Source of the DNA: Fusobacterium perfoetens ATCC 29250
GTDB taxonomy: Bacteria; Fusobacteriota; Fusobacteriia; Fusobacteriales; Fusobacteriaceae
Length of the DNA: 64,000 nt
Direction of reading: 5' to 3'
Assembly: GCA_964239055.1 (NCBI GenBank)
Contig: CAXSON010000009.1
Coordinates: 1 to 64,000 of the forward strand
Positions 22,065 through 31,445 of this stretch are shown here, one piece after another. The notes below the pieces were generated by a model. The model was not told where the DNA came from. It worked only from the letters and a program-made list of their open reading frames with translations, and did no database searches. Both the position numbers and the translations under genes were made by a program. Numbering within the stretch: the stretch's first letter is position 1; the number at the start of each line of letters is the position of its first letter.

Positions 22065-22167
22065 AGAAAAATATCTCCCTGCAATTTCATTATCAATTTT
22101 TATACTGATTTTTACATTGATTATCTTTTAAAACAGCTAATAATTATAAAATTTATTATTACTTTAT

Positions 22168-23103
22168 CTATTCTTTAACCTCATCTTTTTTAAGCATTTC
22201 TCCAAATACAGAAGTAAGAGATGCAAGGTTTTGAAGTTCAGAAGGTATGATAATTTTTGTAGATTTGCCGTCTGCTACTTTCTCAAAAGTCTCCATTCCT
22301 TTAAGAGCAAGGACTTCTTTAGTTGCTCCAGCTTCATTTAAAGCTACAATAGCTGCTGCTTTTGCTTTTTGAATTGAAAGAATTGCTGCTGCCTGCCCCT
22401 CTGCTTCTTTTTCAAGGCTTTCTTTTTTAGCTTCAGCTCTTAATATAGCCGCTTCTTTTTCTGCCTCTGCTCTTAAAATCTGAGATTTCTTTTCTCCTTC
22501 GGCAACAAGTATTGCAGCCTCTTTCTGCCCTTCTGCTCTTCTTATAGCTTCTCTTTTTTCTCTTTCAGCTTTCATCTGTTTTTCCATAGCATCTTGAATT
22601 TCTCTCGGCGGAATAATATTTTTAAGCTCTATTCTATTTATTTTTATTCCCCAAGGGTCTGTTGCCTCATCAAGAACTGCTCTCATTTTTGTATTTATCG
22701 TATCTCTTGAGGTAAGTGTTGTATCAAGTTCCATTTCCCCTATTATATTTCTTAAAGTTGTAGCTGTAAGATTTTCTATTGCACTCATAGGGTGTTCAAC
22801 ACCATAAGTATAAAGTTTCGGATCTGTTATTTGAAAATAAACAACAGAATCTATCTGCATTGTAACATTATCTTTTGTAATAACAGGCTGAGGGGGAAAA
22901 TCTATAACCTGTTCTTTAAGTGAAACTATTTTTACTACTCTGTCTATAAAAGGCATTAAAATATTAAGACCTACCTGCCATGTTGTAAGATATGCTCCCA
23001 GTCTTTCTATTACATATGCTCTTGACTGAGATACTATTCTTACATGGAATGCAAGAAGAATTATTATTAAAAATATTAATATAAAAATAAATATAAAACT
23101 CAT
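22168..23103 (-). CDS. SPFH/band-7 (stomatin-like) membrane protein
   Basis: N-terminal TM; SPFH domain; C-terminal Ala/Glu-rich coiled coil (EAAILRAEAEKEAAIL). Confidence 0.8.
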   Translation of the reverse strand: MSFIFIFILIFLIIILLAFHVRIVSQSRAYVIERLGAYLTTWQVGLNILMPFIDRVVKIVSLKEQVIDFPPQPVITKDNVTMQIDSVVYFQITDPKLYTYGVEHPMSAIENLTATTLRNIIGEMELDTTLTSRDTINTKMRAVLDEATDPWGIKINRIELKNIIPPREIQDAMEKQMKAEREKREAIRRAEGQKEAAILVAEGEKKSQILRAEAEKEAAILRAEAKKESLEKEAEGQAAAILSIQKAKAAAIVALNEAGATKEVLALKGMETFEKVADGKSTKIIIPSELQNLASLTSVFGEMLKKDEVKE

Positions 23104-23208
23104 ATTTCCTCCTTTTGATGCTCTTTTCCTTTTAGCATATTATACTATAATTTTCTTCTCATTTATATCTTTTAATTTATTTTTTCAATTTTTATATATT
23201 TTATATAC

Positions 23209-23365
23209 ATGTTATGAAATATTTTAAAACAGTGTTATGAAATTTATTTTTTTATTTTCAAAAATTCTTTGAAAAATATATTGATTTTGAATATTTTTTG
23301 ATATATAATTACTACTGTGTTTTGTTATAAAATTATTATTTTATTTCATTACTATGTTATGAAAT
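23209..23365 (+). promoter_or_regulatory. tetR promoter region with three direct repeats of TGTTATGAAAT (plus variant TGTTATAAAAT)
   Basis: Repeats at 23210-23220, 23233-23243, 23355-23365 and the variant at 23324-23334, flanking TTGATT-17-TATAAT (23281-23309). Confidence 0.45.
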
Positions 23366-23378
23366 AAAATTTGGGGGA

Positions 23379-23948
23379 TTGATGGCAAGAAAATTAAGTT
23401 TTTCCAAAGAGGAAATTTTAAATGTAGCTTATAAAATTCTTATTGAAGAGGGAATGAAAAATATCACAGCAAGAAATGTGGCAAAGGAGCTTGGTTCTTC
23501 CACTATTTCAATATATTCAAACTTTGGCTCTATGACAAATCTTAAAAATGATCTTTCAAGAATGGCAAAAAACAAGCTTCTTGATATTACAAAAATTGAA
23601 TATACAGAGCAGAAACTTTTAAATATCGGAATAGGAATATGTATTTTTGCCAAAAAAGAAAAAGCTCTTTTTAGATCAATTTTTTTAAGAGAGGATCTTT
23701 CAAAAGATTTTATTGAAGAGATTATAACAGATTTAAAAAATCTTATCATAGCAAGTTTTAAAGCTGATGAAAGATATAAAAATCTTCCAGATGATGTTAT
23801 TGAATGGATGCTGAAAAAAGGCTGGTGGTATGTTCAAGGATATGCCTCTTTAATCTGTTCAGGATTTTATAACCCAAGTGATGAAGTTATCGAAAAAGAA
23901 CTTCGTGACATGGGATCTGTAATTGTTCATGCTGTTGAGAAAAAATAA
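23379..23948 (+). CDS. TetR/AcrR-family transcriptional regulator
   Basis: N-terminal HTH (ITARNVAKELGSSTISIYSNF); 189 aa. Confidence 0.8.
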   Translation: MMARKLSFSKEEILNVAYKILIEEGMKNITARNVAKELGSSTISIYSNFGSMTNLKNDLSRMAKNKLLDITKIEYTEQKLLNIGIGICIFAKKEKALFRSIFLREDLSKDFIEEIITDLKNLIIASFKADERYKNLPDDVIEWMLKKGWWYVQGYASLICSGFYNPSDEVIEKELRDMGSVIVHAVEKK

Positions 23949-24002
23949 AAATAACTTTGTTTAGTTTAGTAATTAAATTTTTAATATATTTTAGGGGGAC
24001 TG

Positions 24003-25394
24003 ATGAAAAAATCTTTAGTAATTTTATCTCTTTTAGCTTCTGCAAATGCTTTTGCAGGAAGTATTGACTATCTTGCACAGCAAGATGCAGAATATTTTGC
24101 ACACCCAGCTATGATTGGAAAAGTTGGAGTATCTGGAGCATACTATAACCCAGCGGGAACTGTATTTTTAGAAGACGGGCTTTATGTTCAGTTAAACTCA
24201 CAGACTTTATTTAAAACTTATGAAATGGAGACAAAAATTGCTGAAAAACTAAGCCATGAAAGTGACCATCCGTCAGCTTTTGTTCCTAGCATTCAAATTG
24301 TAAAAAAAGAGGGAGACAAATCTTACTTCTTACATGCAGGAGCTGCTGCAGGTGGAGGAGCTGTTAAATACGAAAATGGAATTTCAGCTTTTGAAGTAAT
24401 CGGGCAAGAAATTCAATTAGGAATAAGAGATATTAAATTACCTTTAGGTCCTAATGGAAGTTTAGTTTCTCATTTTTCCAATGCTGATGTTGATTATTTA
24501 GGAGGTTCTACTGTTAATGGTTCATCTTACTATATTAACACAACTTTTGGAATGGCTCAAAAAATAAATTCTAAATTCAGTGTTGCCGGTGGATTAAGAT
24601 TTATGTATGCAATGAGAGAACTTAATGGAACAGCCAGTTATAATCTTGATTTAGCTGGAAATCAAACAGATTCTGAAAGAACAGAAAATATTCGTGTTGA
24701 TATAGATTCTGAAAGAACAGGTTGGGGAGTTGGAGGAGTAATAGGTTTCCACTACCAGCCAACAGAAAAGTTAAATATCGGTTTTAAATATGAAACTGAA
24801 GTTGAATTAAATTTAGATGCTGATGGAAAATTAGATACCACTAAAACAGGAGACTTTAATGGAAGTCTAGGAAATAAAGTTGACGGCGGAATTGTAAATA
24901 ATATTGATGGAAATTTAGAAGCTCATCCTGTTATTGCTGAATGGCTTGAAGATGACAGAAGAAATCTTCCTGCTATGATGGCTCTTGGAGTTTCTTATGA
25001 ACTTACAGACAGAATTACACTTCTTACATCTGGAAACTATTATTTTATAAAAGATGCAAACAGAAATGGGTGCTATGATAACTATGACAACGGATATGAA
25101 ATTTCTGTTGGGGTAGATTATAAATTAAATGACAAATGGACTTTAATGGCAGGATACCAATACACTGACACAGGAGCAAATGAAAATACTTACAAAGATA
25201 CAGACTATGCCCTTGATGCAGATATGTATGGTGTAGGGGTTAAATATACTCCAGACGAAACAAAAGAATTTATAGTTTCTTATGCTTATGTAGACTATAA
25301 AAACGGAACTGCTGTAAATGAAAAAGGATATGAAACTACAACATTTAAGAAAGAAGTAAATGCAATAGGACTTTCTGCTACTTTCAAATTCTAA
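24003..25394 (+). CDS. FadL/TodX-family outer-membrane transporter for hydrophobic compounds
   Basis: Signal peptide; beta-barrel-like alternating pattern; terminal aromatic residue (…ATFKF); size typical of FadL. Confidence 0.6.
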   Translation: MKKSLVILSLLASANAFAGSIDYLAQQDAEYFAHPAMIGKVGVSGAYYNPAGTVFLEDGLYVQLNSQTLFKTYEMETKIAEKLSHESDHPSAFVPSIQIVKKEGDKSYFLHAGAAAGGGAVKYENGISAFEVIGQEIQLGIRDIKLPLGPNGSLVSHFSNADVDYLGGSTVNGSSYYINTTFGMAQKINSKFSVAGGLRFMYAMRELNGTASYNLDLAGNQTDSERTENIRVDIDSERTGWGVGGVIGFHYQPTEKLNIGFKYETEVELNLDADGKLDTTKTGDFNGSLGNKVDGGIVNNIDGNLEAHPVIAEWLEDDRRNLPAMMALGVSYELTDRITLLTSGNYYFIKDANRNGCYDNYDNGYEISVGVDYKLNDKWTLMAGYQYTDTGANENTYKDTDYALDADMYGVGVKYTPDETKEFIVSYAYVDYKNGTAVNEKGYETTTFKKEVNAIGLSATFKF

Positions 25395-25404
25395 TTTTAT
25401 AAAA

Positions 25405-25452
25405 AAACTCTTACATATAATTCTTTGTAATTTTATGTGAGAGTTTTTTATT
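25405..25452 (+). terminator. Intrinsic terminator after the fadL-like gene
   Basis: actcttacat...atgtgagagt hairpin followed by TTTTTTAT. Confidence 0.6.
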
Positions 25453-25474
25453 TCAAGGAAGATAAAAAGATTTC

Positions 25475-25503
25475 TTGACAGTGATAAAATATAATTATAT
25501 AAT
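25475..25503 (+). promoter_or_regulatory. Promoter of the thi operon (TTGACA-17-TATAAT)
   Basis: Consensus hexamers with 17-nt spacer just upstream of the TPP riboswitch. Confidence 0.6.
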
Positions 25504-25530
25504 TTCAAGTGGAAAACAATAAATAATATG

Positions 25531-25684
25531 AACTAGAGGAGCTTTAATCGGCTGAGAGGAGATTCGTTCTCGACTCTTATTACCTGAACCGGATAATACC
25601 GGCGTAGGAAAGTTATGAAGAAATTTTTTATATTTTTTTATAAAAATAAAACTCTAGTTTATATTAAGCTGGAGTTTTTTTATT
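25531..25684 (+). ncRNA. TPP (THI-box) riboswitch with terminator expression platform
   Basis: GGCTGAGAGG...CTGAACCGGATAATACCGGCGTAGGAA, matching the THI-element core; followed by aaactctag...ctggagttt hairpin and a T-run (25648-25684). Confidence 0.85.
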
Positions 25685-25704
25685 TTCAAAAAAAGGAGCT
25701 GAAT

Positions 25705-26382
25705 ATGGAAAATTGTAAAAAATTATCAGAGCAGTTAATTGAAAATTCAAAAGTTCATTATTACGGAGCTGTTAATCATTTATTTGTTGAAGAAATGGTA
25801 AACGGAACTTTAGATAAAGAAAAATTTAAAAAATATCTGATACAAGATTATGTCTTTATAAATAGTTTTGTTCATTTAGTAAGCTATATTTTAGCATACA
25901 GTGAAACTATGTATCAGAAATACAGATTTTCAAAATTTTTAGCTATGATTACAAGTGATGAAAATGGATATTTCATCCGTTCTTTTGAAGAGCTGGGAGT
26001 TTCAACTGAAGTTTATAGCACTGCAAAATTATCTCCTGTAATGGAAAAATTCCTAATCCTTATTAATAAAGGTATAGCTACAGGAAAAGAAGATTCTGCC
26101 CGTGGATACAGAAACTGTTTAGCTGTTTTAATGTGTGCTGAGTCTGTTTACTGTGACTGGGGTGTTAAAAATGAAAATAAATCACCTAAAGAATATTACT
26201 TCAATGAATGGATAAAATTACATAATAATGAAGATTTTAGAGAACTTGTAAAATGGCTTAAAGAAGAAGTTGATAATATTCATTTTTCAAATTCAGACGA
26301 AGAAAAAGAAATGAAAGAATTTTTTGAAGAAGCATGCAGATTAGAAATTGATTTTTTTGATGAATCATACAAAAATATTTAA
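25705..26382 (+). CDS. tenA: TenA/thiaminase-II-family protein
   Basis: About 226 aa helical protein downstream of the riboswitch; start at ATG 25705 with AAGGAG RBS (the ORF-track start 25615 lies inside the riboswitch). Confidence 0.6.
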   Translation: MENCKKLSEQLIENSKVHYYGAVNHLFVEEMVNGTLDKEKFKKYLIQDYVFINSFVHLVSYILAYSETMYQKYRFSKFLAMITSDENGYFIRSFEELGVSTEVYSTAKLSPVMEKFLILINKGIATGKEDSARGYRNCLAVLMCAESVYCDWGVKNENKSPKEYYFNEWIKLHNNEDFRELVKWLKEEVDNIHFSNSDEEKEMKEFFEEACRLEIDFFDESYKNI

Positions 26383-26400
26383 AAAGTAAGGGAGGGAAAA

Positions 26401-26613
26401 ATGGAAATCATCTTAAACGGAAAAAAAGTTCCTCTTGAAAAAGAAATGACTGTGTCAGAATTTATAGAAAATCTTGGAAAAGAAAAAAATATGAATCTTT
26501 CTGGTGCTGTTGTCCTTATCGATGATGATGTAGTTAAAAAAGCTGACTGGGACAAATCTTTTGTAAAAGCTGGAGCTGCTGTTGAAGTTCTTGCTTTTGT
26601 ATCAGGTGGATAA
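26401..26613 (+). CDS. thiS: Sulfur-carrier protein ThiS
   Basis: 70 aa ending in GG; sits in the thi operon. Confidence 0.8.
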   Translation: MEIILNGKKVPLEKEMTVSEFIENLGKEKNMNLSGAVVLIDDDVVKKADWDKSFVKAGAAVEVLAFVSGG

Positions 26614-26628
26614 AAAATATAACAAACT

Positions 26629-26815
26629 CTCGGCATTAAAATTATTTCCGTGATTTATGCAGTGAGTTGAACGCTAAAAAATGATATGTTTGAGCAAGAA
26701 CGAGTTTATCATTTTTAGTGAAACGAACAAAATAAATAGGAAAAAATTTTACCAGCCGAGCAATTTTCTTTGCATACTTTCTTTGGCTGCATAAAGAAAG
26801 TATGAAATAATTTAA
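26629..26815. repeat. MITE-like structured intergenic repeat, copy 3 (subfamily B), inside the thi operon, with appended hairpin
   Basis: TIRs CTCGGCATTAAAAT / ATTTTACCAGCCGAG; conserved core; additional hairpin catactttcttt..aaagaaagtatg at 26784-26815. Confidence 0.75.
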
Positions 26816-26830
26816 ATTTGGAGGAATAAA

Positions 26831-27607
26831 ATGGATAAATTAGTTTTAAAAGGACATGAGTTTGAAAGCAGACTACTTACTGGAACAGGTAAATTTTCTG
26901 ATAAAAATCTTATAGCTCCTATGCTTGAAGCAAGCAAATCAAATATAATCACTATGGCTCTTAGAAGAATAAATTTTGAAAACCCAAAAGAAAATATTCT
27001 TAACTACATACCAAAACATATAACTTTACTTCCAAACACTTCTGGAGCAAGAAATGCTGAAGAAGCTGTAAAAATTGCAAGAATTGCAAGAGAAGCAGGG
27101 TGTGGAGATTTTATAAAAATTGAAATTATAAACGATATGAAATATCTTATGCCTGACAATGAAGAAACAGTTAAGGCTACAAAAATTTTAGCTGATGAAG
27201 GATTTATAGTTCTTCCATACATTATGCCAGACCTTATTACTGCAAAAAAACTTGAAGAGGCCGGAGCTGCTGCAGTTATGCCTCTTGGAGCACCAATCGG
27301 ATCAAATAAAGGTCTGCTTACAAAACCATTAATCGAAATGTTAAATGATAATAAAAGACTTCCAATCATTGTTGATGCTGGAATAGGAGCACCATCTCAA
27401 GCTGCTGAAGCAATGGAAATGGGTGTTGATGCAGTTCTTGTTAACACAGCAATTTCAACTGCAGAAGATCCTGTTATGATGGGAAAAGCTTTTGCTATGG
27501 CTGTTGAGGCTGGAAGAATGGCTTATCTTGCAAAACTTGCTAAAACTTCTAAATATGCAAATGCTTCATCTCCTCTTACAGATTTTCTTTTCAGAGGTGA
27601 CAAATAA
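26831..27607 (+). CDS. thiG: Thiazole synthase ThiG
   Basis: 258 aa with ThiG (beta/alpha)8 pattern ([28 protein letters not shown]). Confidence 0.9.
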   Translation: MDKLVLKGHEFESRLLTGTGKFSDKNLIAPMLEASKSNIITMALRRINFENPKENILNYIPKHITLLPNTSGARNAEEAVKIARIAREAGCGDFIKIEIINDMKYLMPDNEETVKATKILADEGFIVLPYIMPDLITAKKLEEAGAAAVMPLGAPIGSNKGLLTKPLIEMLNDNKRLPIIVDAGIGAPSQAAEAMEMGVDAVLVNTAISTAEDPVMMGKAFAMAVEAGRMAYLAKLAKTSKYANASSPLTDFLFRGDK

Positions 27608-28713
27608 TGGGATTTTATGATGTCATTCAACAATGGAAAGATTTTGATTTTGAAAGATACTTTGCAGAAGTTACTGATGATGATGTCCTTGACAGTATCT
27701 ACAAAGAAAAACTTACTGAGTATGATTTATTAAATCTGCTTTCTCCAAAAGCAAAAAATCATCTTGAAAGAATGGCAAGAAGAGCTCAGGAAATCAAAAC
27801 ACAGCATTTTGGAAATATTATTTCTCTTTATATGCCTATATATATTTCAAATTTCTGTACAAACAACTGCACTTACTGTGGATTTTCTAAGAAAAATCAC
27901 ATTGTAAGAAAGCACCAAAATCTTGAAGAAATTGAAGAAGAAGCAAAAGAAATTGCAAAACAGGGTGTTGAACATATTCTTATGCTTACAGGAGAAGCTC
28001 ACGGACTTGTGACTTTAGACTATTTAAAAGATGCAGTTAAAGTTTTAAAAAAATATTTCAATTCTGTTTCAATAGAAGTTATGCCTCTTGAAGAATGGGA
28101 ATATAAAGAACTTGCTGATATAGGTGTTGATGGTCTTACTGTTTATCAAGAAACTTATGATGAAGAAATTTATGATAAAGTTCATTTATCTGGAAAGAAA
28201 AAAGATTATCACTTCCGTCTTAACACTCCTGAAAGAGGAGCAAAAGCAGGGCTTAGAACAATAGGGATAGGACCTCTTTTTGGACTTAGTGAAATTAAAA
28301 AAGAAGCATTCTTTGCAGGACTTCATTTAAAATATTTAACAGATAAATATTTAAATTCATCTTTTGCAATCTCTCTTCCAAGAATAAATCCGGCAGAGGG
28401 AGGATTCCAGCCTGATCATCCATTGGACGACATAACTTTCGTTCAATTTATGACTGCATACAGATTATTCCAAGTAAAAGCTGATATAAATATTTCTACA
28501 AGAGAAATTGCAAGTTTTAGAGACCATTTAATGCATATGGGAATTACAAAAATGTCTGTTGGATCAAAAACAGATGTTGGAGGATATACTGAACACGATC
28601 CATCTACATGCCAATTTGAAATAAGTGACAATAGAAGTGCTGAAGAAACTATTCAAGCTATAAGAGATAACGGCTTCCAGCCAATATATAAAGATTGGCA
28701 GCAAATAAAATAA
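27607..28713 (+). CDS. thiH: 2-iminoacetate synthase ThiH (radical SAM)
   Basis: CTNNCTYCGF radical-SAM motif; 368 aa; start overlaps the thiG stop. Confidence 0.85.
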   Translation: MGFYDVIQQWKDFDFERYFAEVTDDDVLDSIYKEKLTEYDLLNLLSPKAKNHLERMARRAQEIKTQHFGNIISLYMPIYISNFCTNNCTYCGFSKKNHIVRKHQNLEEIEEEAKEIAKQGVEHILMLTGEAHGLVTLDYLKDAVKVLKKYFNSVSIEVMPLEEWEYKELADIGVDGLTVYQETYDEEIYDKVHLSGKKKDYHFRLNTPERGAKAGLRTIGIGPLFGLSEIKKEAFFAGLHLKYLTDKYLNSSFAISLPRINPAEGGFQPDHPLDDITFVQFMTAYRLFQVKADINISTREIASFRDHLMHMGITKMSVGSKTDVGGYTEHDPSTCQFEISDNRSAEETIQAIRDNGFQPIYKDWQQIK

Positions 28714-28727
28714 TCTAGGAGGCTGTT

Positions 28728-29264
28728 ATGAAAATAGGAATTGCTGGATGTGGTGGAATAGGCTCAAATGTTGCCTGCCATCTTGTAAGAACAGGTATAG
28801 ATTATTTAAAATTTGGAGATTTTGATAAAATTGAAGAATCAAATTTAAACCGTCAGTTTTTTTTCAAAAATCAAATTGGGCTTTATAAAAGTAAAACACT
28901 TGCAAAAAATCTTAAAGAAATAAATCCTAATGGAATTTTTGATTTTGAAATAATAAAATTTGACAGAAACAATATAAAAGATTTCTTTTCAGATTGTGAC
29001 ATTGTTGTAGAAGCTTTTGACAAAAAAGAATTTAAAGCTATGCTTATTGAAGAACTTCTTCCAATGGGAAAAATAATAGTTTCTGCCTCTGGTATAGGAC
29101 ACTGGGACACAGAAAATATTAGAACAAAAGAAATTGGAAAAAATCTTATTATTGTAGGAGATTTTGAAAAAGATACTGATGACTATAAAACATATTCTCA
29201 TAAGGTGGGAATAGTTGCTGCCATAATGGCGGGAAAAGTTCTTGAAAAAGGAGGATATTTATGA
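28728..29264 (+). CDS. thiF: ThiF/MoeB-family E1-like adenylyltransferase (short form)
   Basis: GIAGCGGIGS nucleotide-binding motif; 178 aa; operon context. Confidence 0.7.
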   Translation: MKIGIAGCGGIGSNVACHLVRTGIDYLKFGDFDKIEESNLNRQFFFKNQIGLYKSKTLAKNLKEINPNGIFDFEIIKFDRNNIKDFFSDCDIVVEAFDKKEFKAMLIEELLPMGKIIVSASGIGHWDTENIRTKEIGKNLIIVGDFEKDTDDYKTYSHKVGIVAAIMAGKVLEKGGYL

Positions 29265-29890
29265 GAGAAAGAATAATTATCCCAGAGGGAATTTATGGAA
29301 TAACAGGAGATAATTTTGCCCACGGAAAAACAAATCTTGAATGTGTAAAAGCAATGATTAAAGGTGGAATAAAAATTATCCAATATAGAGATAAAACAAA
29401 GTCTATAAAAGAAAAAGTAAAAGAAGCAAGAGAAATAAGAGAACTTTGCAGAGAAAACAGAGTTATCTTTATTGTTAATGACCATGTTGATATTGCAATC
29501 CTTGTTGATGCTGACGGAGTTCACATCGGGCAGGATGACATGGATCCAAGTGATGTAAGAAAACTTATAGGTGATAATAAAATTATCGGGCTTTCAACTC
29601 ACTCTGAAGAACAGGGAATGAAAGCATATCTTAATCCTGATGTAGATTATATAGGAGTAGGACCAATTTTTCCTACAACTACAAAAGATACTGCTCCTGT
29701 AGGACTTGGATATTTAGAATATGCAGTTAAAAATCTTCATCTTCCTTTTACAGCCATTGGAGGAATAAAAGAACATAATCTGCATGAAATTATTTCAAGA
29801 GGGGCAAAAAATGTATGCCTTGTAAGTGACATTGTTGGAGCAGATAATATTACTGAAAAAGTTAAAGAACTTCAAAAACTTATTAAATAA
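29261..29890 (+). CDS. thiE: Thiamine-phosphate synthase ThiE
   Basis: 209 aa TIM-barrel pattern (GVHIGQDD, GVGPIFPTTTK). Confidence 0.85.
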   Translation: MRERIIIPEGIYGITGDNFAHGKTNLECVKAMIKGGIKIIQYRDKTKSIKEKVKEAREIRELCRENRVIFIVNDHVDIAILVDADGVHIGQDDMDPSDVRKLIGDNKIIGLSTHSEEQGMKAYLNPDVDYIGVGPIFPTTTKDTAPVGLGYLEYAVKNLHLPFTAIGGIKEHNLHEIISRGAKNVCLVSDIVGADNITEKVKELQKLIK

Positions 29891-29923
29891 AATTTTTACC
29901 ATCTACCCTTTTATTACAATACA

Positions 29924-29964
29924 AAAAAGTCAGATAAGAATTAATTTTCCTATCTGACTTTTTC
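29924..29964. terminator. Bidirectional intrinsic terminator between thiE and ywaF
   Basis: agtcagata...tatctgact hairpin flanked by an A-run and a T-run. Confidence 0.65.
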
Positions 29965-29966
29965 TA

Positions 29967-30647
29967 TTATATATTTGAATATTTGTAATGTTTTTTCTTA
30001 AAAGGAAGCCAGCATAAAATTCCCAGCACTACATATATTATTTCTACAATTATTATATAATGAGGCCATGGACCAAAAAAATCTAAAGGTGATGAAAAAG
30101 CAGGTTTATAATTTATATACATATAGTTTGTTCCTAAAATTTCATTTATTTTAAAAACTATTCCTGCAAAAATATTTATACATACGAAAGAACCTAAAAA
30201 TCCTTTAAATGTCGGTCTGTATTTTAAAGAAATCATCTGATAAACAACTGTAAAAAGTATAAAAAAATGTGTGATAAAAAAACTTATTCCAACAAAATTT
30301 GGAAAAGCTACTCTTGAATCTGGAAATAATATAGCCGCCACTGCTCCCAGAGACCAGAAATATATTATCTGGAAAAGATATTTTGATGGAAACATCATTG
30401 TTATTATTGCTAATATTAAAGTTACATTACAAAGATGAATAGGAATCAAATCATTTAATGTCTCTCCATATATTCCATGTCTTATAACAAGTTCAGCAAC
30501 TTTTATTATAGCCACGGAACAAGAAATTGTCATTGCAAAACTTTTTCTTGAAAAAAACTGAGATGCAAAAAGAAGAATTATGTAAAATAATATGTATCCG
30601 CCTATACTTAAAATATGTTCTGTTGAAAAAAGTTCAAAATGACCCAT
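29967..30647 (-). CDS. ywaF: YwaF-family integral membrane protein (TIGR02206)
   Basis: Multi-TM; recalled B. subtilis YwaF shares HFELFSTEHI, PIHLCNV, GTNYMYINYKP..FGPWPHYI. Confidence 0.65.
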   Translation of the reverse strand: MGHFELFSTEHILSIGGYILFYIILLFASQFFSRKSFAMTISCSVAIIKVAELVIRHGIYGETLNDLIPIHLCNVTLILAIITMMFPSKYLFQIIYFWSLGAVAAILFPDSRVAFPNFVGISFFITHFFILFTVVYQMISLKYRPTFKGFLGSFVCINIFAGIVFKINEILGTNYMYINYKPAFSSPLDFFGPWPHYIIIVEIIYVVLGILCWLPFKKKHYKYSNI

Positions 30648-30663
30648 GCTGTCCTCCTGTTTT

Positions 30664-31272
30664 TTATTTGTGAAATCCCAAATCAGCAGGATTAAAATCC
30701 CCTGATATATGATTTATTTTTCCTCCTGCAGCTTCAAAAAACTCTCTTCTTTCTTTTACTTTCATTGCAAGTTCATAAGTCTTAGGAGTTACATTATCTT
30801 TTTTTATAAATCCTTTTGACCAATATTCAATTACAAGAGAGCTGTCTCCATAAATATTAAATATTTTTTCTTTAATAGCTATTTCAAGAGCAAAAAATAT
30901 TCCTGCAAGTTCTCCAAAATTATTTGTTGCTCCTTTAGGCATAAGAAAATTTCCAAATTCATTTATTCTTTCTTGTGGAAGAATTTTGTAAAGAATAGAA
31001 TTCCCATCTTTTGAAGTAACTCTTACTTCAACTCCTATCCCTCTTCCTGTCCCCGCATCAAAATATATTCCCTCTGGAAGATTTTTTTTAACTTCATCTT
31101 TTTTTATATATTCTGCTCCCCCAAGAAGCCATTCTTCAGCTTCATTTTTTGTTTTAAAAGATTTGTAACGGGATTTTTCTCCCTGAACAATATTTTTACA
31201 TATGTCCCAGCTGTAACATATTCCTGTTTTTCCTGAAGAAACTATATAATATGCATAAAATTTTTTAGCCAT
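30664..31272 (-). CDS. rnhA: Ribonuclease H with N-terminal viroplasmin-like (Cauli_VI) hybrid-binding domain
   Basis: N-terminal KKFYAYYIV..GICYSW..YKSFKTKNEAEEWL matches the dsRNA/hybrid-binding fold; C-terminal RNase H-like carboxylates; start at the Met with GGAGG RBS (31272). Confidence 0.65.
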   Translation of the reverse strand: MAKKFYAYYIVSSGKTGICYSWDICKNIVQGEKSRYKSFKTKNEAEEWLLGGAEYIKKDEVKKNLPEGIYFDAGTGRGIGVEVRVTSKDGNSILYKILPQERINEFGNFLMPKGATNNFGELAGIFFALEIAIKEKIFNIYGDSSLVIEYWSKGFIKKDNVTPKTYELAMKVKERREFFEAAGGKINHISGDFNPADLGFHK

Positions 31273-31445
31273 AATACCTCCATTGTGTATATTTAAGATT
31301 ATAACTTTTAATCCTATATTTTTCAAGAACTATTATTTTTTCAGACTTTTCATTTATTTATGTTGTCATAATATATAAGATAGTTTATAATAACAATAGT
31401 CAAAAAATTTAAAAAATTTTATATTTATTATAGGGGAATAGGGGA

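Noticed and set aside
25615-25704. ORF-track N-terminal extension of tenA
   Set aside because: The extension is the TPP riboswitch aptamer and terminator translated in frame. The real start is the ATG at 25705 with an AAGGAG RBS.
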